The notes under the pieces are model-generated. The model saw only the letters and a list, made by a program, of their open reading frames with translations. It was not told where the DNA came from and did not search any database. Position numbers and translations under genes: made by a program. Below, one piece after another: positions 11,377 through 21,311 of a stretch of DNA of 64,000 bases. This DNA is from Pseudomonadota bacterium (GTDB lineage: Bacteria > Pseudomonadota > Gammaproteobacteria > Ga0077536): assembly GCA_036130055.1 (NCBI GenBank), contig JAYYOR010000021.1:1844-65843 (forward strand), read 5' to 3'. The first letter of the stretch is position 1. The number at the start of each line of letters is the position of its first letter.

Positions 11377-12814
11377 TCCGTCAGGATTCATGAAATACAG
11401 AAGAGTCAAACATCCCTATAGACCTGTACACGAAAGAAAAGCAGACTGGAACCAGGTAATGGCAAGATTTGATTCCACCACAATAAAAGAACAAGCTTCT
11501 CGTTGTATGGATTGCGGGATTCCATTCTGCCATAACAGCTGTCCGCTAGGAAACTTAATTCCTGAATGGAACGATCTAGCCCGAAAAAACCAATGGGAAG
11601 AAGCACTCGTAAAACTGCACGCCACCAATAATTTCCCCGAGTTTACTGGTACACTTTGCCCAGCACCGTGCGAAGGTTCTTGTGTTCTTGGCATAAATGA
11701 TCAGCCTGTATCTATCAAATCTATTGAATTAGAAATAATTGATCGCGGCTTTGATATGAATCTCATAAAACCTTTGCCCCCTAAGAAAGAAACAAATAAA
11801 GCAGTTGCAATTATAGGCTCAGGACCAGCAGGACTCGCCGCAGCCCAACAGTTGAGAAGAGTAGGACATGAAGTAATCGTTTTTGAAAAAGATGACCGAG
11901 CTGGAGGCCTTCTTAGATATGGCATACCGGAATTTAAGATGGAAAAAAATGTGCTAGATCGTCGGTTAGACCAAATGAAAGCGGAAGGAGTAAAATTCTC
12001 AACTAATATGTATATAGGCAAAGATCTACTAATAAATGATTTAAAAAAAGATTATGATGCGGTATTAATTGCTGGCGGCGCCAGCATATCAAGAGATATA
12101 AACTTACCTGGAAGGGATTTACAAGGAATACACTTTGCAATGGATTTCCTGAGTCAACAAAATCGAATTTGTGAAGGAGATGGCGTAACTGAAAATCATA
12201 TTACCGCTAAGGGTAAAAATGTAGTAATAATAGGTGGAGGAGACACTGGCGCAGACTGCCTAGGTACTTCTCATAGGCAAGGAGCAAAGTCTGTGGTAAG
12301 TCTTGAGATCATGCCCAAACCACCATCAATCAGGGGAAGTAAAAACCCTTGGCCTGAATGGCCTCGCGTTTACAGAGTAGCATCAGCTCATGAGGAAGGT
12401 GGAGAGAGAAAATATGCAATTTCAACGACTAAATTCATTGGCGATGATAATCGTCGGCTCAAAGCAATTGAAGTAGTTACAGTTGATCAAAATGAGAGGG
12501 CAAACGGGTCCTCTGAATTCATTGAAGTAAAAGGAACAAAGCGTGAAATTCCATGTGAATTGGTTTTACTAGCAATGGGATTCACAGGGCCGTATTTGTG
12601 GGACAACATTAAAGAGAGTGGTATTAAATTTGACAACCGGCAAAATATTCAGGTTAATTCGAATTGGATGACATCGCTAGAAGGGGTGTTTTCTGCAGGT
12701 GACGCAAAGCGTGGACAATCCTTGATTGTCTGGGCAATAGCTGAGGGTCGTTCCGCAGCTAAGGCAATCGATGAATATCTTATGGGTACAAGTAATTTAG
12801 CCGCTCCCGTTTAG
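11369..12814 (+). CDS. gltD: Glutamate synthase small subunit
   Basis: Fe-S Cys cluster plus FAD/NAD(P) Rossmann motifs (IIGSGPAGL). Overlaps gltB by 8 nt. Confidence 0.93.
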   Translation: MADPSGFMKYRRVKHPYRPVHERKADWNQVMARFDSTTIKEQASRCMDCGIPFCHNSCPLGNLIPEWNDLARKNQWEEALVKLHATNNFPEFTGTLCPAPCEGSCVLGINDQPVSIKSIELEIIDRGFDMNLIKPLPPKKETNKAVAIIGSGPAGLAAAQQLRRVGHEVIVFEKDDRAGGLLRYGIPEFKMEKNVLDRRLDQMKAEGVKFSTNMYIGKDLLINDLKKDYDAVLIAGGASISRDINLPGRDLQGIHFAMDFLSQQNRICEGDGVTENHITAKGKNVVIIGGGDTGADCLGTSHRQGAKSVVSLEIMPKPPSIRGSKNPWPEWPRVYRVASAHEEGGERKYAISTTKFIGDDNRRLKAIEVVTVDQNERANGSSEFIEVKGTKREIPCELVLLAMGFTGPYLWDNIKESGIKFDNRQNIQVNSNWMTSLEGVFSAGDAKRGQSLIVWAIAEGRSAAKAIDEYLMGTSNLAAPV

Positions 12815-12818
12815 TGGT

Positions 12819-13853
12819 ATGGGAATTAAAAATGATTGCTTAATCAGAGTTTTGCAAGGAAAATCTACCGCAAGAAAACCTATTTGGATTATGCGTCAAG
12901 CTGGTAGATATCTTCCTGAATACAGAAAACTGAGAAAGAAGGCGGGTGACTTTCTTAACCTGTGTAAAACACCAGAGCTAGCTTGTCAAACAACACTAAT
13001 GCCAGTCACAAGGTATGATTTAGATGCTGCTATTATTTTTTCTGATATCCTTATTGTGCCAGAAGCCATGGGTATGCCCCTAAAATTCGAAGAAAAAAAA
13101 GGTCCTGTTTTTCAAAATCAAATCAAAAACGAAACTGATCTGGCAGGTTTAAAGATACCGTCAATTGAGACCGACTTGCAATTCACCCTAAAAGCCATAG
13201 AAATTACAAAAAAAGAATTAAATAATAGGATTCCTTTAATCGGATTCGTAGGTTCTCCCTGGACTTTAGCCTGTTATATGATTGACGGTGGTGCCTCTAA
13301 AACATTCGAGAACACTTTTAAAATGATGTACGATCGCCCAGTCCTGTTATTAGAACTACTAGAGAAGTTATCAATCATACTTACAGAATATTTAAAATTG
13401 CAGGTAAAATACGGTGCTGATGCTTTAATGATTTTCGATACGTGGGGCGGAATTCTTCCATATTCAAAGTATGAAGAATTTTCTCTCAATTTTAATAAGA
13501 ACATAATAGCATCTTTAAATAATGCAAAAATCCCGAATATATTTTTTTCAAAAGGAGCTTTTAACCATATAGAAAAAATCCTAAATATTGAGCCATCTTG
13601 TGTGGGGCTAGATTGGACGACCAGTCTGAAAGAAGCGCAAAAAACAATCAAAGGAAGAGTCGCTATTCAAGGTAATCTGGATCCTTCGATTCTACTTTCT
13701 AGTGAAAAAGTCGTACAACAGGAAACCAATAAAATGCTGAATGAGATTGACAGCCAAACCAGACACATTGTCAATTTAGGGCACGGGATAACGCCCGGTG
13801 CAAATCCTAATAATATTGAAATTCTTATTGATACAGTTCGCAAATACAAATAA
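12819..13853 (+). CDS. hemE: Uroporphyrinogen decarboxylase
   Basis: PIWIMRQAGRYLPEY signature. Confidence 0.93.
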   Translation: MGIKNDCLIRVLQGKSTARKPIWIMRQAGRYLPEYRKLRKKAGDFLNLCKTPELACQTTLMPVTRYDLDAAIIFSDILIVPEAMGMPLKFEEKKGPVFQNQIKNETDLAGLKIPSIETDLQFTLKAIEITKKELNNRIPLIGFVGSPWTLACYMIDGGASKTFENTFKMMYDRPVLLLELLEKLSIILTEYLKLQVKYGADALMIFDTWGGILPYSKYEEFSLNFNKNIIASLNNAKIPNIFFSKGAFNHIEKILNIEPSCVGLDWTTSLKEAQKTIKGRVAIQGNLDPSILLSSEKVVQQETNKMLNEIDSQTRHIVNLGHGITPGANPNNIEILIDTVRKYK

Positions 13854-13858
13854 GAACG

Positions 13859-14779
13859 ATGTCTCCCGCAAAAAAATATTCTGAAATTTTCATCAAGGGT
13901 TTTTTAATCGGATTCACTGATATCATCCCTGGAATCTCGGGAGGTACAATGGCCCTTATACTTGGGATTTATGATAGAATAATCAAAACTATCGCCTCCT
14001 TAAATACCAAATGGCTGATTTATGTACTTACACTGAGATTAAAAAAATCTGCCGAAGTCCTAGATTACAGCCTACTGATACCGTTGGTTGCTGGAATTCT
14101 TTCCGGGGTCCTATTCTTCACAAATGTCGTGCCACTACCACTGTTTATTAAAGAATTCACTCTGGAAGTATTTAGTTTTTTCTTCGGACTGATATTACAT
14201 ACAATTTATTCAATTTCAAAAGATAATTTCCGTTGCTCAATAATAAGCTTTATTTTTATCGCTGGCGGTTTCAGTCTTGGGTTTAGTCTTCTTCTTTTTG
14301 GCCAAGTAACGTTGCCTGACAGTTTTATAATCATTTTTGTGACCGGAGTTCTATCTGCAACCGCAATGATCCTCCCAGGTATATCCGGAGCTTTAATTCT
14401 TATTTTGCTAGGGAAATATTCGACTATCTTTACAGCAATTGGAAATCTAGATTTTACTATTTTATTACCATTTATATGTGGCTTGATCACCGCGGTACTA
14501 GTTACCACCAAGATAATTGCGGTAATATTAAAAGACTATAGCATACATTGTTTTAACTTCATCAATGGTATTTTGATTTCTTCTTTAATTGTTCTTTGGC
14601 CGTTCCAAAACCGTCAGACAGATAAAGATTCACAGATTAACCTTGAATCCTTTCATACGCCTCCTGATAGTATTGATACGTTGATAGCAGTAAGCCTAGT
14701 GACAACTGGATTTCTATTGATTTCCTGTCTTAAAAGATTGGCGTCCGAGAAACTGCAAAACGGAAACCAAAATTATTAG
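13859..14779 (+). CDS. DUF368-family polytopic membrane protein of unknown function
   Basis: Two internal repeats, each with a PGISGG(T/A) motif (IPGISGGTMALILG and LPGISGALILILLG), and about 8 TM segments. Its 3' end overlaps the convergent lnt by 66 nt. Confidence 0.7.
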   Translation: MSPAKKYSEIFIKGFLIGFTDIIPGISGGTMALILGIYDRIIKTIASLNTKWLIYVLTLRLKKSAEVLDYSLLIPLVAGILSGVLFFTNVVPLPLFIKEFTLEVFSFFFGLILHTIYSISKDNFRCSIISFIFIAGGFSLGFSLLLFGQVTLPDSFIIIFVTGVLSATAMILPGISGALILILLGKYSTIFTAIGNLDFTILLPFICGLITAVLVTTKIIAVILKDYSIHCFNFINGILISSLIVLWPFQNRQTDKDSQINLESFHTPPDSIDTLIAVSLVTTGFLLISCLKRLASEKLQNGNQNY

Positions 14780-16240
14780 GATCAATAGGCCAGAAACAAT
14801 TCCTTTTTCGCCGATCTTACCGTAAAAGGTCTCACCTTCTTGCCCCACAATTTGATTTGTGATTATTTGGGAAGTGAATTTATCGGTTACTTTTAAAAGT
14901 TTTCCTCGATGGTCAATAAAGGCACTGATTCCGGTATTAGTTGCTCTTATAATTGGCCTTCCTAACTCTGCGGCTCTTACCCGAACAATTTGTAAATGTT
15001 GGAATGCAGCCACTGTATTGCCAAACCAAGAGTCGTTACTTACATTGATTATTAACTCAGCTTTTGGAAGTGATGAACGAGCTATGGAAGCAAAAGCAAT
15101 CTCGTAGCAAATCAAAAGACCAACTGACCTTCCCTTTACAAAAACACTATTCTTTTCAGTTGGACCCGGGTCAAAATCAGAAAGGGGTATATCAATTTTA
15201 GAATATAAGTCAGCTAAAACCCGTCTAAAGGGAAAATACTCTCCAAAGGGCACAAGCTTTCTTTTTTTATACAAATCGTTCGAACTTCCTAACACCAAAA
15301 TACTATTAAATATTTTATTATCTATTTTTTGGTGAAACGGGATACCAATAATTAGAGCTGTCTCCGTCTTGTTGCTTTTGTTTAAAAGCATCTGAATAAA
15401 GGTCTCTTCTAAATTAATCAATTCGGTGAAGACTGTCTCAGGCCAGACTACTACGTCGGCCTTCCATTCATCTTGCGATAATTCCATATAACGTTCTAAA
15501 ATCAACTCAGTTGATTGGTCTGACCATCTTTTGTCTTGGGTTACTGAACCTTGAATAATTGATATTTTTAAGGGTGCACTTGTATCGGAAGTATATTGGA
15601 CATCATTTAACGCATAAATCATTAGCGAAAAAAGACCAAACAAACAGAGAAATTTTATTTTTTTAAGCCAACAAGAAGAAGATAAAATCGAAAAGGCACA
15701 AAAAGAAATAGCTACAACAACAAATGAAATTCCATAAGCCCCAATCAAGGGAAAGAGGTTTGAAAAAGGGCTATCAATCTGACTATAACCCAAAATTAAC
15801 CAAGGGAATCCGGTAAAAAAATAACTTCGTGCTATCTCCATGAGCAACCAAAAAAAAGAAATCATAAGTGCACCAATGATAGACAATTTAAAAACCAGAT
15901 TTGTAAGTAAACCAAATATAGAAAAATATAATGAAAGTAAAGATATAAAAAGGGCATTCAATGTGACTGCTAAAAAACTATTGGGGAAACCAAAATTTTC
16001 AATGCTTATATGAATCCACCATATATTTGAACCAAAATACCCGATACCAAAGAACCAACCAACCCAAAAGGATTCAATTTTTCCAATATTTTTCAAAAGG
16101 AAGAGAAACCAAATTATTGAAAAAAAAACAATTGGCCATAATGCTATTTCTGAAAAAGAAAAAAATGAAATAGAACCAGACAATGTCGCTTGAACCAAAT
16201 TCGGCGTTGTTATTTGAGACTTAACTGTCCTCTTTGCCAT
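14714..16240 (-). CDS. lnt: Apolipoprotein N-acyltransferase
   Basis: N-terminal multi-TM region plus CN-hydrolase domain (ICYEIAF). Sits in the conserved lnt-corC-ybeY-phoH-miaB arrangement. Confidence 0.9.
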   Translation of the reverse strand: MAKRTVKSQITTPNLVQATLSGSISFFSFSEIALWPIVFFSIIWFLFLLKNIGKIESFWVGWFFGIGYFGSNIWWIHISIENFGFPNSFLAVTLNALFISLLSLYFSIFGLLTNLVFKLSIIGALMISFFWLLMEIARSYFFTGFPWLILGYSQIDSPFSNLFPLIGAYGISFVVVAISFCAFSILSSSCWLKKIKFLCLFGLFSLMIYALNDVQYTSDTSAPLKISIIQGSVTQDKRWSDQSTELILERYMELSQDEWKADVVVWPETVFTELINLEETFIQMLLNKSNKTETALIIGIPFHQKIDNKIFNSILVLGSSNDLYKKRKLVPFGEYFPFRRVLADLYSKIDIPLSDFDPGPTEKNSVFVKGRSVGLLICYEIAFASIARSSLPKAELIINVSNDSWFGNTVAAFQHLQIVRVRAAELGRPIIRATNTGISAFIDHRGKLLKVTDKFTSQIITNQIVGQEGETFYGKIGEKGIVSGLLILIILVSVLQFLGRQSFKTGNQ

Positions 16241-17084
16241 TTGTTTTCTGTTGATTTTGTTCTCTTATTATTCTTAACAAATGAGATCTACGCTGGTCTG
16301 CCCTCAAAACCTTAAAAGTTAAACCTTCATATTTTACCTCTTCACCCTTTGCTGGAACGTGGCCAAGTAACTTAGTGACGAGCCCACCCACTGTCTCATA
16401 ATCATCCTGTAAAATCTCCATATTAAAGTAATCTGCAAACTCATCTATTGAAGTGCGAGATTTAACTGTAAACCTCTCTTTTCCGTGTTGCCTAATATTT
16501 TCTTCATCCTCATAATCGTGCTCATCATCTATGTTTCCAACGATTTGTTCAAGCACATCTTCTATCGAGACGAGACCGGAAACTTTCCCATACTCATCGA
16601 CCACTACAGCTAAATGATTTCGATTCGCCTTGAATTCTCTTAACAGGATATTGAGTTTTTTGCTTTCTGGCACAAAAACTGGTGAACGAAGCATGCTTTT
16701 TATTTTATTTTCACTCTCAGTAAGTTCGCTTGCCAAGAGATCTTTTGCTAACAATATACCTAAAACATTTTCACCTGTCTCATCAAAAACTGGAAATCGA
16801 GAATGACCAGAACTTGCCATTTTTTTCTGAATATCTTTTATCTCATCAGTTATTGTTATAGATGTAATTTCCGAAGACGGTAACATTATGTCTCGCACTT
16901 GCATCTCGGAAACCATCAGAGCCCCTTCCATCATTGCCTGAGTATCTATATCAACCATATTATTGCTTTCGGCTAACTGTAATATTTCAATTAAAATACT
17001 ATTTTCTTTGGGCGCACTTAGAATCATTCTCAATATCACTTTCCTAATACTTGGCGCAATTTTTATTTGAAAAAAATTAAACAT
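16221..17084 (-). CDS. corC: CorC/HlyC-family Mg/Co efflux-associated protein (CBS pair plus CorC_HlyC domain)
   Basis: CBS domains and a C-terminal transporter-associated domain. Overlaps the lnt start by 20 nt. Confidence 0.88.
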   Translation of the reverse strand: MFNFFQIKIAPSIRKVILRMILSAPKENSILIEILQLAESNNMVDIDTQAMMEGALMVSEMQVRDIMLPSSEITSITITDEIKDIQKKMASSGHSRFPVFDETGENVLGILLAKDLLASELTESENKIKSMLRSPVFVPESKKLNILLREFKANRNHLAVVVDEYGKVSGLVSIEDVLEQIVGNIDDEHDYEDEENIRQHGKERFTVKSRTSIDEFADYFNMEILQDDYETVGGLVTKLLGHVPAKGEEVKYEGLTFKVLRADQRRSHLLRIIREQNQQKTNGKEDS

Positions 17085-17129
17085 TTGAAATTATTACCTT
17101 AAAATTTTTCTCGGCTCTTTTTAAACAAG

Positions 17130-17639
17130 TTAAACATAGGGATTAGAATAACCTAATTTGACCATTATTTTAGATTCAAGTTTTTCCATTATATCTGCTG
17201 AACTTTTGTTATCATGCAAGTAACCCTTAAGATGTAATATGCCATGGATCAACATATGACTAAATCGCTCTTCAAAATCGATACCCAGAAATTTTGCCTC
17301 AGAAAGTACCACCTCATCACATATAAGAATATCGCCTAAATGATTCGGTAAAGAAAATATATCATTCCCACATGGAAAAGCTAAAACATTAGTTGATTTA
17401 TTTTTCGACCGAAATTTTTTGTTTGTCTTTTTTGACTCCGCAGAGTTACATATTTTGATAGAAATTTTCTGATTCTCTATAGGAATCTCTAATCTAATGG
17501 AGGCAAGTACTTTTACCACTAAATCAGTGTAATCCCACAATTGCAAAGAGTCTTCAACATCAAGAGTAAAAGTTGATAGAATATCTGGTGAATCAACCAA
17601 TAGTGTTTTTTGAACTGGTTCCACTTGATTTCTTTTCAT
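17130..17639 (-). CDS. ybeY: rRNA maturation endoribonuclease YbeY
   Basis: HGILHLKGYLHD zinc-binding H3xH5xH motif. Confidence 0.9.
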   Translation of the reverse strand: MKRNQVEPVQKTLLVDSPDILSTFTLDVEDSLQLWDYTDLVVKVLASIRLEIPIENQKISIKICNSAESKKTNKKFRSKNKSTNVLAFPCGNDIFSLPNHLGDILICDEVVLSEAKFLGIDFEERFSHMLIHGILHLKGYLHDNKSSADIMEKLESKIMVKLGYSNPYV

Positions 17640-18579
17640 GTCTGCCGTAGGCCTTAAGAATTTCTGCTACTAATCTATGTCGCACAACATCTTTTGTTGA
17701 AAAAAAGTTAAAACTTACCTCCGGTAAATCATCTAGGATCCTCGAGACATGTTTTAACCCGGACTCGGTTCCTCTTGGTAAATCAATCTGAGTTATGTCT
17801 CCCGTAATCACGGCTCTTGAACCAAAACCAATTCTGGTTAGAAACATTTTCATTTGCTCTGGCGTAGTGTTCTGAGCCTCATCTAGAATAATAAAAGACT
17901 CATTCAAGGAACGACCTCTCATAAAGGCTAACGGCGCAACCTCGATAATATTTCTTTCTATCAGCTTAGACACTTTTTCAAAGCCCATGATCTCATGCAA
18001 TGCATCATAAAGTGGTCGCAAATAGGGGTCTATTTTTTGAGACATATCTCCCGGTAAGAAACCAAGTCTTTCTCCAGCCTCTACTGCAGGGCGGACAAGA
18101 CAAACCCGACGAACACTATTATATTCCAAAGCATTTACTGCACTCGCTACTGCTAAATAAGTTTTGCCTGTGCCTGCAGGTCCGATCCCAAAACATATTT
18201 CCCGATTAGCCATAGCATCAATATATTCTGCTTGCACTAAACTTCTCGCGGAAATATTTTTTTTTCTAGTTGAAATTGTTCCTAAAATCTCATTTCGGCA
18301 TTTTAAATTATTAGATTTACTTTGTTGAATTTGCAAATGTATTTCTCTTTTTGTAATGTTATTAGATTGGGTGATTTCGTAAAGTTGTTTTAAAATTGTG
18401 CAAGTCGCCTCGACATTCTCCGGTGAACCAGACAAATGAAAATTATTTCCTCGATTGGAAATATTTACACTTATATTTGTTTCGATGAATCGTAGATTTT
18501 CGTCGAATTGACCACATAAATTAGCCAAACGTCGATTATCATCCGGTTCTAAAGCGATTAATGATTCTATCTCTTTCAA
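17593..18579 (-). CDS. ybeZ: PhoH-like ATPase (YbeZ)
   Basis: GPAGTGKTYLAVA Walker A. Co-linear with E. coli YbeZ. TTG start in the track. Confidence 0.9.
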   Translation of the reverse strand: MKEIESLIALEPDDNRRLANLCGQFDENLRFIETNISVNISNRGNNFHLSGSPENVEATCTILKQLYEITQSNNITKREIHLQIQQSKSNNLKCRNEILGTISTRKKNISARSLVQAEYIDAMANREICFGIGPAGTGKTYLAVASAVNALEYNSVRRVCLVRPAVEAGERLGFLPGDMSQKIDPYLRPLYDALHEIMGFEKVSKLIERNIIEVAPLAFMRGRSLNESFIILDEAQNTTPEQMKMFLTRIGFGSRAVITGDITQIDLPRGTESGLKHVSRILDDLPEVSFNFFSTKDVVRHRLVAEILKAYGRHEKKSSGTSSKNTIG

Positions 18580-18594
18580 AAGTTTAACCCAAAT

Positions 18595-19917
18595 TTAAAT
18601 TAACTCGCCTCTTAGTGAATTGGGGAGTACTTCTGTAATTTTGACGCTTACCATATTTCCTATCATTGCCTTTTTGCCCGAAAAATTAACAACCCGATTA
18701 TTAGATGTTCTACCAGCAAGAAGACCATCGGCTTTTTTTGAGAGACCACTCACTAAGATCTCTTGCTCTGTACCTAACATTTGCTCTGAAAAAATATTTG
18801 AGTAACTGCTAAGCATATTCTGAAGCCTAGATAATCTGTTTTTCTTTTCCCCTATACTGATATCATCTTTAAGATAAGAGGCCGGCGTCCCTGGACGATT
18901 ACTATAAATAAAACTATAGGATTGATCGAATTCTACTTGTTCTACAAGATCTAGTGTTCTCTGAAAATCTTCTTCAGTTTCCCCTGGAAAACCAACAATA
19001 AAATCACTAGTTACGCTAATAGAGGGGCATCTTTTTTTTAACTTGGCAATTATTGCTTTGTACTCAATTGACGTATAGCCACGTTTCATCTTACTTAAAA
19101 TCCTATCTGATCCACTTTGAACTGGCAAGTGAACCTGATTAACCAAAGATGGAATCTCCCCATATACATTAATTAATCTGTCAGAAAATTCTAAGGGGTG
19201 GGATGTTGTATAGCGGATTCGTTGAATTCCCTCTAAACGAGATATTAAAAAGAGTAAAGCTGCTAGGTCTATTATTCTTCCTTTATCGTCCTCTGATTTA
19301 TAAGCATTAACATTTTGACCTAATAAGATAATCTCCTTTGAGCCTCTTGAGGCCAAATTATAAATCTCTCTCACCACATCTTTCAGTGGTCTACTGAACT
19401 CTTCTCCCCGTGTGTAAGGAACTACACAAAAGGAACAATATTTACTACAACCCTCCATAATTGACACATAAGAGGAAGCTGCGACATTTCTACTCACAGG
19501 CAGATTGTCGAATTTCTCGAGCTCAGGAAAATTAATATCAATCGCCGGCGCTTTTTTGACCCTCGCCTTTTCTACAAGCTCCGGAAGCTTATGAATTGTC
19601 TGAGGACCAAATACTAGATCGACAAACGGAGCTCTTTTTAGTATGTCCTCGCCTTCTTGAGTCGCTACACACCCTCCGACTCCAATTAATAAATTTAAAT
19701 TTTTTTCCTTTAGAGTTTTCCAACGACCTAATTCTGAAAAAAGCTTATGTTGCGCTTTATCTCTAACAGAGCAAGTATTCACGAGTATTAAGTCAGCTTC
19801 TTTTGGATCCTCAACACTTTTAAATTTCATTTTAGCCTCTAGTAGGTCATGCATCTTCCCTGAATCATAGTCATTCATCTGACAACCAAAAGTCTTTATG
19901 TAAAAACGCTTTTTCAT
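18595..19917 (-). CDS. miaB: tRNA-i6A37 methylthiotransferase MiaB
   Basis: IKTFGCQMN at the N-terminus, radical-SAM CxxxCxxC, TRAM domain. Confidence 0.93.
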   Translation of the reverse strand: MKKRFYIKTFGCQMNDYDSGKMHDLLEAKMKFKSVEDPKEADLILVNTCSVRDKAQHKLFSELGRWKTLKEKNLNLLIGVGGCVATQEGEDILKRAPFVDLVFGPQTIHKLPELVEKARVKKAPAIDINFPELEKFDNLPVSRNVAASSYVSIMEGCSKYCSFCVVPYTRGEEFSRPLKDVVREIYNLASRGSKEIILLGQNVNAYKSEDDKGRIIDLAALLFLISRLEGIQRIRYTTSHPLEFSDRLINVYGEIPSLVNQVHLPVQSGSDRILSKMKRGYTSIEYKAIIAKLKKRCPSISVTSDFIVGFPGETEEDFQRTLDLVEQVEFDQSYSFIYSNRPGTPASYLKDDISIGEKKNRLSRLQNMLSSYSNIFSEQMLGTEQEILVSGLSKKADGLLAGRTSNNRVVNFSGKKAMIGNMVSVKITEVLPNSLRGELI

Positions 19918-19948
19918 ACTCATTCTTTATAGTAAATTTTATTCTAAA

Positions 19949-20800
19949 CTACAGTTCAACGCCTATGTTATCAATTAAACGCGCTTTTCCCAACCACACA
20001 GCTATTAGAATGACGAGACCTTTGTCATTTTTTTCGGGCACGGATAAATCTTGGGCTTTGCGCATTTCAAAATATTCTACTTTCATTTCTTTAGATTCTA
20101 ATTCGGCAATTATTTCTTTTTTTACTTTGTAAAAATATTGAGGTCCTTTTTTTTTTAAAACATCTGACGCCCTCAAAAGAGAAGAATAGATTTTGGGAGC
20201 AAATGTTCTTTCTCTTTCGGAAAGGTATCTGTTACGAGAACTAAGCGCTAATCCGTCGGTATCCCTTTGAGTTGGCATCCCCAATATCGTCGTCGGGATT
20301 AATAAATCTGAAACCATCCTCTTTATGACAAGTAGTTGCTGGTAATCTTTTTTACCAAATAATGCAAAATTGGGGCCGCAAGATACTAATAGTTTTGTAA
20401 CTACAGTCGCAACGCCCGAAAAATGGCCTGGCCTGTGCTTACCACATAGAATTTCTGAAATCTGGGGTACAGTAACCCTGGTGTCAACATCCGTTCCTAA
20501 GGGATAAAGTTCACTCAAATTAGGTATAAAAATTAAGTCTACCCCTTCTGTTTCCAACATTTTTTTATCTGCATCGATGCTACTTGGATAAGATTCGTAA
20601 TCCTCACCACGTCCAAACTGAATTGGGTTTACAAATATTGAAACAACAGTCTTGGAGGCTAGCTTTTTTGCTTCTTTAATTAAATAAATATGACCTGCAT
20701 GTAAGCTTCCCATTGTCGGGACTAGGGCAATCGTTTCGTTATTTTTTTTCCAATCCTCGGTGGCATAAATTAACTTATTTACTTCATATATTGAATTCAT
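19949..20800 (-). CDS. panC: Pantoate--beta-alanine ligase
   Basis: PTMGSLHAGH signature. Start taken at the internal ATG, M4 of the track ORF. Confidence 0.92.
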   Translation of the reverse strand: MNSIYEVNKLIYATEDWKKNNETIALVPTMGSLHAGHIYLIKEAKKLASKTVVSIFVNPIQFGRGEDYESYPSSIDADKKMLETEGVDLIFIPNLSELYPLGTDVDTRVTVPQISEILCGKHRPGHFSGVATVVTKLLVSCGPNFALFGKKDYQQLLVIKRMVSDLLIPTTILGMPTQRDTDGLALSSRNRYLSERERTFAPKIYSSLLRASDVLKKKGPQYFYKVKKEIIAELESKEMKVEYFEMRKAQDLSVPEKNDKGLVILIAVWLGKARLIDNIGVEL

Positions 20801-20805
20801 AAGAG

Positions 20806-21306
20806 TCACCTTTGAGCATCATTTATTCTTTTACAATTGTTTAAGGCTATTTTATCCATGAGTTCGGATACTTTCCCTTGGCCAGGTATTACAATGTCAC
20901 TTTTTAATTCCGATAATGGAAGCAAAACAAATGACCTATTTTTTATCTCAGGATGAGGAATGGTCAGATATTCGTAATTAATTGTAATCCTATCGTAAAT
21001 CAATATGTCAATGTCAATGGGTCGAGAATCCCATTGCTTTCTAGCTTTGTTGCGTCCTAATTGAAGCTCAACAGATTGAGTTTGTTTTAGTAATTCATCT
21101 GGAGATGAATTTGTAACAAAAGAACCAGCGGCATTGATGTAATTAGGTTGGGGCAAATTTCCAAGGGGTGGACTTAGGTAAAAGTTTGAGAAGCTTTCTA
21201 GCTTGATTTTTTTTGTTGCAATTAACAGATCGATCGCTCGTTTTATATTTACTACAGAGTTTCCTTGATTACTACCAAAACCTAAATAAACCAAAATTTC
21301 TCTCAT
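20806..21306 (-). CDS. folK: 2-amino-4-hydroxy-6-hydroxymethyldihydropteridine pyrophosphokinase
   Basis: YLGFGSNQGN N-terminus. Start taken at the internal ATG. Confidence 0.9.
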   Translation of the reverse strand: MREILVYLGFGSNQGNSVVNIKRAIDLLIATKKIKLESFSNFYLSPPLGNLPQPNYINAAGSFVTNSSPDELLKQTQSVELQLGRNKARKQWDSRPIDIDILIYDRITINYEYLTIPHPEIKNRSFVLLPLSELKSDIVIPGQGKVSELMDKIALNNCKRINDAQR

Positions 21307-21311
21307 TTTTT

